Shown here piece by piece: positions 37,657 to 47,798 of a stretch of DNA of 64,000 nucleotides; position 1 is the stretch's first letter; the number at the start of each line of letters is the position of its first letter. The stretch comes from an uncultured Desulfospira sp. Lineage in GTDB: Bacteria > Desulfobacterota > Desulfobacteria > Desulfobacterales > Desulfobacteraceae. A model generated the notes under the pieces. It did not search any database, had not been told where the DNA came from, and saw only the letters and a program-made list of their open reading frames with translations. The stretch is from the NCBI GenBank assembly GCA_963663165.1, contig OY760175.1:5120001-5184000 (forward strand), in the 5' to 3' direction. Both the position numbers and the translations under genes were made by a program.

Positions 37657-39432
37657 ATGAATTTTAATTTCGCAGACATAAACTCGCTGATGGACAATAT
37701 TATTCAGCATGGTCAGTCCCCAGGGATCAAAAAGGCCCTACCGGAAGGCGTTTCGTCTGATTCCCTGAATGAGTTTGAAAACGGGATTGCCGGGGCACTT
37801 GAAGGAAGCCGGGACAACGGTTCGTTCCATAGTTGCCTGAACCAGGCCATGGAAGGCAGTACGGTAAGCCAGGGCGGACAGAAGACAGTGATCCAGGAGA
37901 CCTTGAAAAAGGAAGCCATCCTGGACAGCATTAACGAAGCGTCCCTGAAAACCCTGGCAAGCTTAGAAGGGTTTAACTTTCTGATGGAGCTGAAAGAGGC
38001 TCTTTTATCTGCCGGCCAGGGAGATCTTAGCGAGATTACAATTGATGCTCAGGGGCTCCAGAATCTTGAAAGCATCTTAATTGAGGCCGGATTTGATTCC
38101 AATGAGGTTCAGGACCTTATAGCCGATCTTACCCTGACCCTGGAAGAAACCTCTACCCTTTCTTTTGCTGATTTTATGGATGACCTGTTTGAGCTGTCCC
38201 TTGCCGATGATTCACAGGATGATGCCCAGGCCGTGCTGGCGTCGTCTGCGGTTCCGTTTCTTCAAACCTTGCTGGTCAATCTCGGGATTGAATCAGCCCA
38301 GGCAGAGCAGGTGATTGCTCAGGCCATGCAAGGTGGCCAGGGCATCCGTCTGGATTCCCTGATTGATGAGCTCAAGGCCATTCAGGATGCCGCTCTGGTT
38401 TCAAAACAGTCTTACACAGCGCTTGAGGGAGAGGAGCCGTTTGCCGCCCTTTTAAAACAGCTTGGTATTGATTCCAGTCAGGTTTCAGGGACATCATCTG
38501 AGTCTGCGTCATTGGTTTTAGCATCGTCAGAATCTGCATCCAATTCCGTTTCCCAGGGGCTTAGCCTTACGGAATTGATTTCACTGCTTGAAGCAAAACA
38601 ACAGGAAATCACCGGTCAGACACCGGATCCTCAGACCGGCTCCGCACAGCAGGCGGGCCGTCTGGAAGCGTTGTTTCAACACCTTGAGACCGATGGGAAA
38701 TCCGCCACGGCCGCCGGGACCCTGGAAATGTCATGGGAACAGCCGCCGGATACCAGGGAATTGCCCCAGGCCGGCATAAAGGAAAATATGGGAACCCTTT
38801 CCCAGGTGATTGAGACCACCAGTGATTCAGGGCTTGGACAGGGAAGCACCAAAGACGGCTTCAAGGGGTTTGAATCTTCCACAGGGGAAAAATCAAATAC
38901 GGTAAACCTGGTTCAGATGGGGACGGCATCCGATTCAAATACCAGTGAAGCAAGCTTTGGCCGGGAAGTGTTAAAGTCGGCCTCACAATCCTTTAAAAGC
39001 CTTCCCAACCATGTCATCAACCAGGTGGGCAAAGGAATTGTCCGGGCTGCCAATCTTGGAGAGAAAACCCTTACCCTGAAATTAAATCCGCCCGAACTCG
39101 GGCGGGTGAATATGACCATTGAACATAACGGCAACAGTATGAAGGTCAATATTGTAACGGACAACCATGCGGCCAGGGAAATTCTGACATCCAATGTCAA
39201 TGAGCTCAAAACCGTGCTGGCCTCTTCAGGGATCAGTCTGGATCAGTTTGAAGTGGACATGAACAGCAACTTCAGACAGTCCATGGCCGATGCTCAGGAC
39301 GGCCAGTTTCAAAACAATCAGAATAAAAAACAAGGGGCATCGTTTGGGAACGGGGAAGCCGATGACACCGCCACCGAAGACATTGCCTTATCCGGAATGG
39401 AAACTCCGGGATCATACCATTTTGTAGCATAA
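37657..39432 (+). CDS. fliK: Flagellar hook-length control protein FliK
   Basis: LKLNPPELGRVNM...AREIL...LK..L...GI; upstream of flgD. Confidence 0.9.
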   Translation: MNFNFADINSLMDNIIQHGQSPGIKKALPEGVSSDSLNEFENGIAGALEGSRDNGSFHSCLNQAMEGSTVSQGGQKTVIQETLKKEAILDSINEASLKTLASLEGFNFLMELKEALLSAGQGDLSEITIDAQGLQNLESILIEAGFDSNEVQDLIADLTLTLEETSTLSFADFMDDLFELSLADDSQDDAQAVLASSAVPFLQTLLVNLGIESAQAEQVIAQAMQGGQGIRLDSLIDELKAIQDAALVSKQSYTALEGEEPFAALLKQLGIDSSQVSGTSSESASLVLASSESASNSVSQGLSLTELISLLEAKQQEITGQTPDPQTGSAQQAGRLEALFQHLETDGKSATAAGTLEMSWEQPPDTRELPQAGIKENMGTLSQVIETTSDSGLGQGSTKDGFKGFESSTGEKSNTVNLVQMGTASDSNTSEASFGREVLKSASQSFKSLPNHVINQVGKGIVRAANLGEKTLTLKLNPPELGRVNMTIEHNGNSMKVNIVTDNHAAREILTSNVNELKTVLASSGISLDQFEVDMNSNFRQSMADAQDGQFQNNQNKKQGASFGNGEADDTATEDIALSGMETPGSYHFVA

Positions 39433-39444
39433 AGGAGGCATAGC

Positions 39445-40602
39445 ATGGCCGTAGATTCAACAAGCAGCAGCACGCTTTCAAGTATCAGTTCATCCTATGT
39501 TTCGACAACCACGGAAGATACGAAAGATTCAGAATATCTGGGAAAAGAAGATTTTCTGTCTTTGCTGGTGGCCCAGCTTCAAAACCAGGACCCCTTAGAT
39601 CCCAGTGAAGGAACCGACTTTGCCACGGAACTGGCAGAGTATTCCCAGCTCGAACAATTGATGAACCTCAATGAAAATATCGAAACCCTGGTCACCACCC
39701 TGAGCAGCACAACCGACGGGGATGCCACCGATTACCTGGGGAAAACCGTAACCGGCAATGTCAATACCATGGATGTCAGTGACGGGGAGGTGACCAGCGG
39801 ATTCTATAACCTGGCCCAGGCCGCCGAAGTGATTGTGGATATTTACGATGCCGACGGCAATACCGTCAACCGTCTCTATCTGGGCCAGGAAGAGGCCGGC
39901 GGACAGCTCATTGCCTGGGATGGCACCGACAGTGACGGCAATGCCGTTGAAGACGGAACCTATACCTATAAGGTTCTGGCCGACTACGGCTCTGGATTCG
40001 AAGAGGTTGAAACCAGCGTGACCGGGACCGTTGACGGTGTGGTGGAAAACAATGGGAAGACCTATCTGGTGGTCCAGGGTGTTCTGGTGGCCCTTGAAAA
40101 CCTGACAGCTGTTACTGAATCCAATACAACAGATTCAGAATCCCTCCTGGATTACCTGGGACTGGAGGTGACCACCAATGCCCCCATCGTTCTGGTGGAG
40201 GACGGTGCGGTTTACGGTGAGGATTTAAGCTTTGAACTGGAAACGGCTGAAGATGTAACGATCCGGATTTATGATCCCTACGATGAACTGGTGAAGACCA
40301 TTACCGTTTCAGCGGATAAGCTTTCGGCAGGAACCAACACGGTTCACTGGGATGCGGTTGCCGAGAACGGTTATGCGGTTTCCGACGGGTTGTATTACTA
40401 TACGGTCATGACCGATTCGGGTGAGTATGCCGACACCATTGAGTCCGGGACCGCCGGCGCTATTTTAAACGTGAACAGCAGCCAGTACCTGAAGCTGGAT
40501 GAAACCGGCCGGCTGGTCGCTTTGACCGCCATTACCAAGGTACAGGAAATTGCGGGCGATGAGGAGACTCAAAGTGATGACACCGCAAGCGATAGTGAAT
40601 AA
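39445..40602 (+). CDS. flgD: Hook capping protein FlgD with a duplicated C-terminal module
   Basis: LGKEDFLSLLVAQLQNQDPLDP; WDG.D.DG..V.DG.Y-type motif occurs twice. Confidence 0.95.
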   Translation: MAVDSTSSSTLSSISSSYVSTTTEDTKDSEYLGKEDFLSLLVAQLQNQDPLDPSEGTDFATELAEYSQLEQLMNLNENIETLVTTLSSTTDGDATDYLGKTVTGNVNTMDVSDGEVTSGFYNLAQAAEVIVDIYDADGNTVNRLYLGQEEAGGQLIAWDGTDSDGNAVEDGTYTYKVLADYGSGFEEVETSVTGTVDGVVENNGKTYLVVQGVLVALENLTAVTESNTTDSESLLDYLGLEVTTNAPIVLVEDGAVYGEDLSFELETAEDVTIRIYDPYDELVKTITVSADKLSAGTNTVHWDAVAENGYAVSDGLYYYTVMTDSGEYADTIESGTAGAILNVNSSQYLKLDETGRLVALTAITKVQEIAGDEETQSDDTASDSE

Positions 40603-40636
40603 CCCGAAAGCAACACAGCACAAGAACGTAATATAA

Positions 40637-40814
40637 ATAACGGCCATGGGCCGTCTTGGTTATCCAGCCAAGAACCGCTCACAACAAAGAATGAAAGTCT
40701 TCTCAAGATGTTAGTGAGACTTTCATATAACGGTCACGGACCGTCTTGGTTATCCAACCAAGAACTGCCCACAACAAATATTGAAAGCACTCAACAGGTT
40801 GCTGAGTCTTTCAT
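40637..40814 (+). repeat. Two tandem copies (D, E) of the ~90-bp hairpin element
   Basis: Units 40637-40726 and 40727-40814: ataacggYca.ggRccgtcttggttatccaRccaagaac...acaacaaa...tgaaag...ctttcat. Confidence 0.9.
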
Positions 40815-40835
40815 ATAAAATTCAGGAGAAAAACA

Positions 40836-43631
40836 ATGTCTTTATCCAGCGCACTTTTCACAGGAACCAGTGGATTGAAGAATATGGGCAACGGCATGCA
40901 GGTGGTTGGTAACAACATTGCCAACACCAATACCGTTGGATTCAAGGGGGCTGCCTCCACGTTTGCTGATACCCTGTATGAAAATGTGGCCACCCAGGCC
41001 GGTACCGCACAGATGGGGCGAGGCATGTCCGTAGGGGATATTGCTACGGATTTCAGCCAGGGATCTTTTGAATCCACGGGCAATACCACGGACCTTTCCA
41101 TTGGCGGTGACGGGTTTTTTATCGTCAGCCAGCCCGATTCCGAAGAAAAATATTACACCCGGGCCGGTAATTTTTATTTTGATGAAGACGGTCAGCTGGT
41201 GAATCCGGAAGGGTATGTGGTCCAGGGCTGGGAACTGGATGAAGACACCGGAGAGGATGTCGGGGCCATCGGGGATCTGGTTCTTGAAGAGTTTACCTCT
41301 CCGCCAAAGGAAAGCACCACGGTTACCGCCATTACCAACCTGGATGCCGATGCGATTTCCCAGGCGGTTGTTTTGTCCAACGTCTGGGACTCTTCTGAAG
41401 ACGAATATATGGGGTCGGGCAATTATGAATACCAGACCGTTATCCAGGTATATGATTCCCTGGGGTCCACCCATGATGTGACCATTTATTATGATAAAAT
41501 TTCAGGCACGGAATGGGAGTACATCATTACCTGCAACCCGGAAGAAGACATGCGCAATCTGGTGCAGGGGACTGATGCCCAGGGCCTTTTGGCAAGAGGT
41601 TCCATTACCTTTAGTGAAAGTTCCGGTGATATCCTGGACCTGACCCTGGAGGAATTTACCGGCCGGATAGGGAATTTTACCGCCAACGGCCTGAACACAG
41701 TGGATGAAATTGAATACAATATTGTGGATTATGACGCCCTGTCTTTAGACGGTTACGGGTTCCAGTTCGAGTATGACGGCGCCAACTGGGGTTTTGCAGA
41801 CATTGATGGTGACGGCGTGGTCACCTCTGCGGATAAACCGGCCAACTATCCCAATGCTTATATTATCTATTCCGATGCCACTTCAGTTGAAATCTCATTT
41901 GACGGTTCAACTGATGAACCTGACCTGAAGATTGAGTTGTCCCAGCCGGCTGTGGCAACAGATTCATTCGGATTTGATATCAACGGGGAAGAAAGTATTC
42001 ATATTCAGGGCATTGAAGGGCTGACCTATACCGGAGATACGGCCAATGACAACACCAGCCTTTCCATTAACGATCCCGGGGTCATGACCCATGATACCGA
42101 GGATGTGGGGATTGTCTGGAATCCCGTGGCCCAGCAATGGTACTGGAGCAACCCGGAGCAGGCTGAAGATGAGGGCACCCTGCTAAGTGACGCCACCCTT
42201 GGCGGAGTGGACCAGGATGAAACCACATTTTTAAGCATAAAAAACGCATCGGAAATGGTCATGCTGGCCGATGACGTGACCCTTGCCGTGGACTACCGGA
42301 CCGGGGAATGGGACTGGAACATGCCGCTCAAAGCCGATGATTTTATAAATGAAACCTTTAATATCGGCCAGGGAAACAACAATCCCAGTGTCACTGTGGT
42401 GACTCAAGGAACCCAGGGCGCCATCGCCTCTACAGATGCCGGCGGCACATCCACTGCCGTCACCCTGACATGGGACGGGGCCGCCTGGGCGGCCAGTTCC
42501 GGCGGCGGACAGACCCAGATTGTCATTCTGACCTCCAGCAGCGACGATTCCACAGTTCAGTTCATGATCTGGGAAGCCGATGGGTCTACAACTCCCAGTA
42601 ACGGGGCATCCGTAGTCAAGTATTCCTTTAATACCCCCCTGACCACCACCGGCGGGGACACCATTGAGTTTACCATTGATCCGTCGCCTCCGGCAGAATA
42701 CCCCAATGCCGTGCTGACCACCTCCGGGGCCACCACCCTGGGCATCGGGATTGATCTGGACAATGATTCCAGTGTGGACCTGCAGATGATCACATCGGCC
42801 TCTGGTGCAGTTACAGTGCTTTCCGGCGGGCTGACCGCCACCTTTGACATTGACCCGGATACGGAACCGCCCAATTACTCGAATGCCACCCTGACCGGGG
42901 ACCAGACAGAGGTGATCATTGATCTTGACGGGTCCGGCAACGAAGGAGATGATGACGACATCGTCTTTACGTTTGAAAAGAACCTTGATTATGGTGCCAA
43001 CACGGATGTTTACGATAACCGGAGTGTTATTAATTTTGATATCCTGGGCTCTACGGCCTGGACCGCCATTGAAAAGGCCGGTATCACCAATACCGGGTAT
43101 TACTCGTTTACCGTAGATTTTCTGGGAGGCGATTACGGCACCACGGAAATGAACCTGGCCCTTGATTTCGGCACCCAGTTTGATGGTGAAAATTTTGTCA
43201 ACGACTCGTTATCCACCACCCAGTACGCCAAATCCTCTTCAACGGTATACCAGGACGCAGACGGGTATGCTGCCGGGGACCTGACCGGTGTGGATGTGAA
43301 TTCCGAAGGGGTGATTACCGGCATCTACTCAAACGGTCAGCTGATTCCGTTGTTCCGGGTGGGCCTGGCCAAGTTCTACAACAATTACGGGCTGTCCAAC
43401 GAGGGCGGCAACCTTTACTCCGAGACCAACGAGAGCGGCAACGCCATTACCAACAAGCCCGGAGAGAATGGCCTGGGCACCATTTCCCCCAATTCCCTTG
43501 AAATGTCCAATGTGGATATTTCAGACGAGTTCGTTGCCATGATCGAAATCCAGCGCGGGTACGAAGGAAACTCAAAAACCATCACCACCGTGGATGAAAT
43601 GATGGAAACCGTTATCAATATGAAACGGTAA
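40836..43631 (+). CDS. flgE: Flagellar hook protein FlgE, 931 aa
   Basis: GNNIANTNTVGFK, TDLSIGGDGFF, YTRAGNF, YDSLG, LEMSNVDISDEF. Confidence 0.96.
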   Translation: MSLSSALFTGTSGLKNMGNGMQVVGNNIANTNTVGFKGAASTFADTLYENVATQAGTAQMGRGMSVGDIATDFSQGSFESTGNTTDLSIGGDGFFIVSQPDSEEKYYTRAGNFYFDEDGQLVNPEGYVVQGWELDEDTGEDVGAIGDLVLEEFTSPPKESTTVTAITNLDADAISQAVVLSNVWDSSEDEYMGSGNYEYQTVIQVYDSLGSTHDVTIYYDKISGTEWEYIITCNPEEDMRNLVQGTDAQGLLARGSITFSESSGDILDLTLEEFTGRIGNFTANGLNTVDEIEYNIVDYDALSLDGYGFQFEYDGANWGFADIDGDGVVTSADKPANYPNAYIIYSDATSVEISFDGSTDEPDLKIELSQPAVATDSFGFDINGEESIHIQGIEGLTYTGDTANDNTSLSINDPGVMTHDTEDVGIVWNPVAQQWYWSNPEQAEDEGTLLSDATLGGVDQDETTFLSIKNASEMVMLADDVTLAVDYRTGEWDWNMPLKADDFINETFNIGQGNNNPSVTVVTQGTQGAIASTDAGGTSTAVTLTWDGAAWAASSGGGQTQIVILTSSSDDSTVQFMIWEADGSTTPSNGASVVKYSFNTPLTTTGGDTIEFTIDPSPPAEYPNAVLTTSGATTLGIGIDLDNDSSVDLQMITSASGAVTVLSGGLTATFDIDPDTEPPNYSNATLTGDQTEVIIDLDGSGNEGDDDDIVFTFEKNLDYGANTDVYDNRSVINFDILGSTAWTAIEKAGITNTGYYSFTVDFLGGDYGTTEMNLALDFGTQFDGENFVNDSLSTTQYAKSSSTVYQDADGYAAGDLTGVDVNSEGVITGIYSNGQLIPLFRVGLAKFYNNYGLSNEGGNLYSETNESGNAITNKPGENGLGTISPNSLEMSNVDISDEFVAMIEIQRGYEGNSKTITTVDEMMETVINMKR

Positions 43632-43852
43632 GATGGGTCGTTAGGCTGAAGACATTTTGACTGAAGGCTGGAGGATGTCCGTCCAAGGGGCATCCTTCAG
43701 TTTTTAATTTTTAACCCCGGTTCACCGCCTCCTTTTCATTGTCAAATCTTTGGCGTCTTTCGTTTGTTTCGCCAAAAAACCATCCATTCTTGCAGTGCCC
43801 CTGTGCCATTCGATCGCAACAATTTAAAATTTTGTTAAATTGCCCACCTAAA

Positions 43853-43876
43853 GGCGATTCATGAATCGCCCCTACA
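43853..43876 (-). repeat. GTAG-type REP palindrome
   Basis: Minus strand TGTAGGGGCGATTCATGAATCGCC, containing a perfect palindrome. Confidence 0.7.
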
Positions 43877-43900
43877 ACCGCCCCGATAACACCGCCAATT

Positions 43901-43960
43901 CGGTCTCCCGTTTCCGGTCTCCGGTCTCCGGTTTCTTGTTTCTTGTTTCTTGTCTTCTGT
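43901..43960 (-). repeat. Heptamer array mixing GGAGACC and AGAAACA units
   Basis: cggtctc ccgtttc cggtctc cggtctc cggtttc ttgtttc ttgtttc ttgtctt. Confidence 0.75.
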
Positions 43961-43987
43961 TGTCCTATAATTGAGCCATATCTTATC

Positions 43988-44003
43988 TGGCACAAGGATT
44001 GCT
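43988..44003 (+). promoter_or_regulatory. Sigma54 promoter of the fliL-fliA operon
   Basis: TGGCACAAGGATTGCT. Confidence 0.9.
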
Positions 44004-44129
44004 TAAATTCTTAATGAACTTGAATATGCGGTGACCTTTTAAGGCCTTTGGGCCGGATTGGCTCAACGGCAGCCCAACATGGGGCGGTGCCGGGAAATTT
44101 CCGGTATCCGGCCCGGATCGGGGGAGATT

Positions 44130-44723
44130 TTGTTTAAAAAGAAATCGAAAAAAGAAGCGCCTGAAGAAAATAAAGAAGAAAAGGCCGAGGATGCGCCGGA
44201 TCAGGAATCAGGAGAACAGCCGGAGAAAAAATCAATCATCAAACGGCTTCTTTCAAAAAAAATGATATTGATCATTGGGGGTGTCCTGATCCTTGGCTTA
44301 GCCGGGGGCGGGGCCTGGTTTTTCTTTTTTTCCGGGTCTCCTGAACCGGAAACGGAACCTGCGACTGAACAGGCGGCCGCCGGGCAGGAAGGGGAAACGG
44401 TCGTGCCCGAGATCCTGTTTGAAGATATTGTTACCCTGGAACCTTTTGAGATGATTCCATTAAAGTCGGGATCTTCCATGCGGTCTGTGACGTTGAATGT
44501 TTCCATTGAGATCTTGGACCCGGAATCCCGGGCACAGGTGTATTCAAGGGAAGACCGGATACGGATTATCATCCAGGATAAGGTCAGGGAATATACCTGG
44601 CTTGACCTGAGAAGTGCTGAAGGAAAGATCCGGCTCAAATACGATCTTCTCCAGAGTATCAATCACCTGTTTTCAAAACCCATGGTCAGAAATTTGTACT
44701 TTACAACCCTTATAATGCAGTGA
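44130..44723 (+). CDS. fliL: Flagellar basal body protein FliL
   Basis: Single TM (GGGAWFFF), LEPF, EGKIRLK, VRNLYFT. Likely start is the TTG at 44130 after GGGGAG. Confidence 0.88.
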   Translation: MFKKKSKKEAPEENKEEKAEDAPDQESGEQPEKKSIIKRLLSKKMILIIGGVLILGLAGGGAWFFFFSGSPEPETEPATEQAAAGQEGETVVPEILFEDIVTLEPFEMIPLKSGSSMRSVTLNVSIEILDPESRAQVYSREDRIRIIIQDKVREYTWLDLRSAEGKIRLKYDLLQSINHLFSKPMVRNLYFTTLIMQ

Positions 44724-44730
44724 CAATGCC

Positions 44731-45723
44731 ATGAGTGAAATTCTATCCCAGGACGAAGTTGACAGTCTATTAGACGGCCTTGATTCAGGAGAGGTAGAAA
44801 CTGAAAAGGACGTGGCGGAAGCCCCGGAGGCTTCCGACGGTGTCAGCGTCTATGATTTTACCAGTCAGGATAAGGTGGTCCGGGCCCGGATGCCCACCTT
44901 TGATGTCATCAATGAACGGCTGTCCAGAGAGGTTCGGGCCACGCTGTCCTCCTTGCTCCAGACCAATGTGGATGTGGGGGCCAATCCCTTTGACACCTTG
45001 AAATTTTCAGAGTTTGTCAGAAGCCTGCCCGTTCCCACAAGCCTTCATGTGTTCCGGTTGGAACCCTTGAGAGGGCACGGCCTGGTAGTGTTTGAAAGCC
45101 AGCTGGTTTACAACCTCATTGATACCTTTTTCGGGGGAGAGGCCCTTGGAAAGGCCAGGGTTGAAGGCCGGGAGTTTACCACCATTGAAGAGGTCATGAT
45201 CAAAAAGGCCGTGGTGGCGGTGTTAAAAAATATTGAAGCGTCCTGGGCCCCCATTGAACCGGTTAAAACCTCTTTGATCCGTTCGGAAATGAACCCTCAG
45301 TTCACCGCCATTGTTCTGCCCACGGACCTGGTCATTGTCACCCGGTTTGAAATTGAACTGGAGCAGGCCGCCGGAAACCTGGTGGTCTGTTATCCTTATT
45401 CCATGATCGAGCCCATGCGGCACAAGTTGTCTTCCGGGGTCCAGGCGGAGATTGAAGAAATCGATACCACCTGGCAGAAAATGATCCGGGAGGTCATTCT
45501 CAACTCGGAAGTCGATTTGAAGATTATGCTGGGCAAGACGGAAATTACCGGGGAACGGTTGCTTTACATGCAGAAAGGGGACGTGATCCAGCTGGATAAC
45601 GACGCGGCAGACCCCCTGACCTGCTATGTGGACGGTCTGGAAAAGCTTAAAGGGTATATCGGGGTCCAGAGGGGATTCCAGGCATTCCAGATTATCGAAA
45701 AATTAATAACGGAATGTGGGTAA
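44731..45723 (+). CDS. fliM: Motor switch protein FliM
   Basis: [33 protein letters not shown]. Confidence 0.97.
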   Translation: MSEILSQDEVDSLLDGLDSGEVETEKDVAEAPEASDGVSVYDFTSQDKVVRARMPTFDVINERLSREVRATLSSLLQTNVDVGANPFDTLKFSEFVRSLPVPTSLHVFRLEPLRGHGLVVFESQLVYNLIDTFFGGEALGKARVEGREFTTIEEVMIKKAVVAVLKNIEASWAPIEPVKTSLIRSEMNPQFTAIVLPTDLVIVTRFEIELEQAAGNLVVCYPYSMIEPMRHKLSSGVQAEIEEIDTTWQKMIREVILNSEVDLKIMLGKTEITGERLLYMQKGDVIQLDNDAADPLTCYVDGLEKLKGYIGVQRGFQAFQIIEKLITECG

Positions 45724-45724
45724 A

Positions 45725-46063
45725 ATGGCTGAAGAAGATTTTGCAGAAGACCAGGAAGACAAAGGCGAGGAAAGGTCCGAGGAGCAGGGATCCAGGGAGC
45801 TGGATTTTATTTTAGATATCCCGCTTGAGCTTTCTGTGGAGCTGGGCAAGACCAAAATGCTGGTCAATGACCTGCTTCAACTGGGCCAGGGCTCTATTGT
45901 GGAGTTAAACAAACTGGCCGGAGAACCCCTGGAGGTGTATATCAACCGCAAGCTTATTGCCCGGGGGGAAGTGGTGGTGGTCAATGAAAAATTCGGGGTC
46001 AGGCTCACCGATGTCATTACCCCCATTGACCGGGTCAAGTCACTGGCGGCAGAGGAAGAATGA
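45725..46063 (+). CDS. fliN: Motor switch protein FliN
   Basis: [12 protein letters not shown]...[15 protein letters not shown]. Confidence 0.97.
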   Translation: MAEEDFAEDQEDKGEERSEEQGSRELDFILDIPLELSVELGKTKMLVNDLLQLGQGSIVELNKLAGEPLEVYINRKLIARGEVVVVNEKFGVRLTDVITPIDRVKSLAAEEE

Positions 46064-46455
46064 ACACGGATTCCGACATATGGCTGGCCTTTGCCCGGAC
46101 CTTTTCAATGCTGTTTCTGGTGCTGGCCCTTCTGGTCCTTGTGTTTTATCTGGTCAAACGGATTTCCAATTCAAAGGCAGGGGGCATGGGTGCCGGTCAG
46201 CTCATCAGTGTGCTGGCGGTTCATCATATCTCTCCTAAAGAAAAATTTGTCCTGGTCAAAGCCCTGGACGAGGTGGTGCTGGTGGGGGTCACCCCGGGCC
46301 ATATTTCCAGAATTTCGACATTGGATGCTACAGGCATGGGCCTGTCCGAAGGCGTAAACTCGTCCCCTGGTTCTTTTGCCGGGCTTTTAGGCCGGGCTAT
46401 GAAAAAAAAAGAGGCCGGCATTCCGGCGTTCAAAGGAGGACCGGATGACGCCTAA
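46060..46455 (+). CDS. fliO: FliO
   Basis: N-terminal TM, LVGVT..HIS; lies between fliN and fliP. Confidence 0.85.
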   Translation: MNTDSDIWLAFARTFSMLFLVLALLVLVFYLVKRISNSKAGGMGAGQLISVLAVHHISPKEKFVLVKALDEVVLVGVTPGHISRISTLDATGMGLSEGVNSSPGSFAGLLGRAMKKKEAGIPAFKGGPDDA

Positions 46456-47230
46456 TCCTGTCATCTCCCGTCTTCTCCTGGCCTTCCGGCTCCTGGCCCT
46501 GGCCGGGCTTTTTCTGTCGCTTTTCAAGGGACCGGCCTTTGCCGTCAATTTCCCCATTCCGTCCCTTGAACTGAACGTCAAAACCGCCTCAGAACCCGAA
46601 GAAATCGCCGTTGTCCTTGAAATTATCGCGTTATTAACCATCATTGCCCTGGCACCGGCCATTCTGATCCTCATGACCCCGTTCACCCGGCTGGTGGTGG
46701 TGTTCCATTTTCTGCGCCAGGCCATGGGCATCCAGACAAGCCCGCCCAACCAGGTGATTGTGGGGCTGGCCCTGTTTATGACTTTTTTTATCATCAGGCC
46801 GGTGGCTGTAGAGGTTTACAACACGAGCCTGAACCCTTACCTGGAAAGGGAAATATCTTATGAAACCGCCTTTGAAGAGGCCCAAAAACCTATCCGCAAA
46901 TTCCTTTTGCTTAACACCCGGGAGGCGGATCTTGCCCTGTTCGTCAAAGAGGCCGGGCTCCAGAAACCGGAAAACCGGGACAATGTGTCGTTGCTGGCCC
47001 TGATTCCGGCCTATGTGATCAGTGAATTGAAAACCGCTTTTATCGTCGGGTTTATCCTTTACATTCCCTTTCTGGTTATTGACATGGTGGTGGCGTCGGT
47101 GCTGCTTGCCATGGGCATGATGATGCTGCCGCCCATCATGATCTCCCTGCCCTTTAAGCTGATGCTCTTTGTTCTGGTGGACGGGTGGCATCTGATTGCC
47201 GGCTCCTTGTTAAAAAGTTTTGGAGTGTGA
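46445..47230 (+). CDS. fliP: Export gate protein FliP
   Basis: PPNQV, PAYVISELKTAF, ISLPFKLMLFVLVDGW. Confidence 0.97.
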   Translation: MTPNPVISRLLLAFRLLALAGLFLSLFKGPAFAVNFPIPSLELNVKTASEPEEIAVVLEIIALLTIIALAPAILILMTPFTRLVVVFHFLRQAMGIQTSPPNQVIVGLALFMTFFIIRPVAVEVYNTSLNPYLEREISYETAFEEAQKPIRKFLLLNTREADLALFVKEAGLQKPENRDNVSLLALIPAYVISELKTAFIVGFILYIPFLVIDMVVASVLLAMGMMMLPPIMISLPFKLMLFVLVDGWHLIAGSLLKSFGV

Positions 47231-47233
47231 GAC

Positions 47234-47503
47234 ATGACCCCTGAATTTGTGGTTGAATTTGCCAAGCAGGCCATTACCTTGACCATCCTTCTATCTTTGC
47301 CCATGCTGGGTTTGGGCCTTGTGGCGGGGCTGATCATCTCCATATTCCAGGCCGTTACCCAGGTCCAGGAAATGACCCTGACCTTTGTGCCCAAAATTCT
47401 TGCCGTTTTCTTAGGCCTGCTGTTTGCCGCCCCCTGGATGCTGGAAAAACTGACCACGTTTACCACCCATGTGTTGGAGAATATTCCCATGTATATCAGG
47501 TGA
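47234..47503 (+). CDS. fliQ: Export gate protein FliQ
   Basis: FQAVTQVQEMTLTFVPK. Confidence 0.97.
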   Translation: MTPEFVVEFAKQAITLTILLSLPMLGLGLVAGLIISIFQAVTQVQEMTLTFVPKILAVFLGLLFAAPWMLEKLTTFTTHVLENIPMYIR

Positions 47504-47718
47504 CAAGAAACAAGAAACAAGAGACAAGAAACAAGAGACAAGAGACAAGAAACAAGAAACAAGAAACAAGAAACAAGAGACAAGAAACAAGAGACAAGAA
47601 ACAAGAGACAAGAGACAAGAGACAAGAGACAAGAAACAAGAGACAAAAGACAAGAGACAGGAAACAGGAAACAGGAAACAGGAAACAAGAGGCAGGAGAC
47701 AGGAAACAAGAGACACGG
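47502..47718 (+). repeat. Tandem heptamer array (RACARGA) x ~31 between fliQ and fliR
   Basis: GACAAGA/AACAAGA units, then GACAGGA/AACAGGA units; no T on the + strand across 217 nt. Confidence 0.95.
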
Positions 47719-47798
47719 GAGGAAACAGGTGACAAGGTTCAAAGAACAAAAATGCGGCAGCTTCTGGTATCAGGTATCTTCTTTATAGTTTCTTGAGC

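Noticed and set aside
40637..40814. Possible CRISPR array (tandem palindromic repeats)
   Set aside because: Whole 90-bp units repeat with no unique spacers, there are only two in tandem, other copies are dispersed, and no cas genes are present.
47059..47796. ORFs with KKQETRD or LVSCFL repeats
   Set aside because: These are translations of the heptamer array, open in many frames, with no RBS and overlapping fliP/fliQ.
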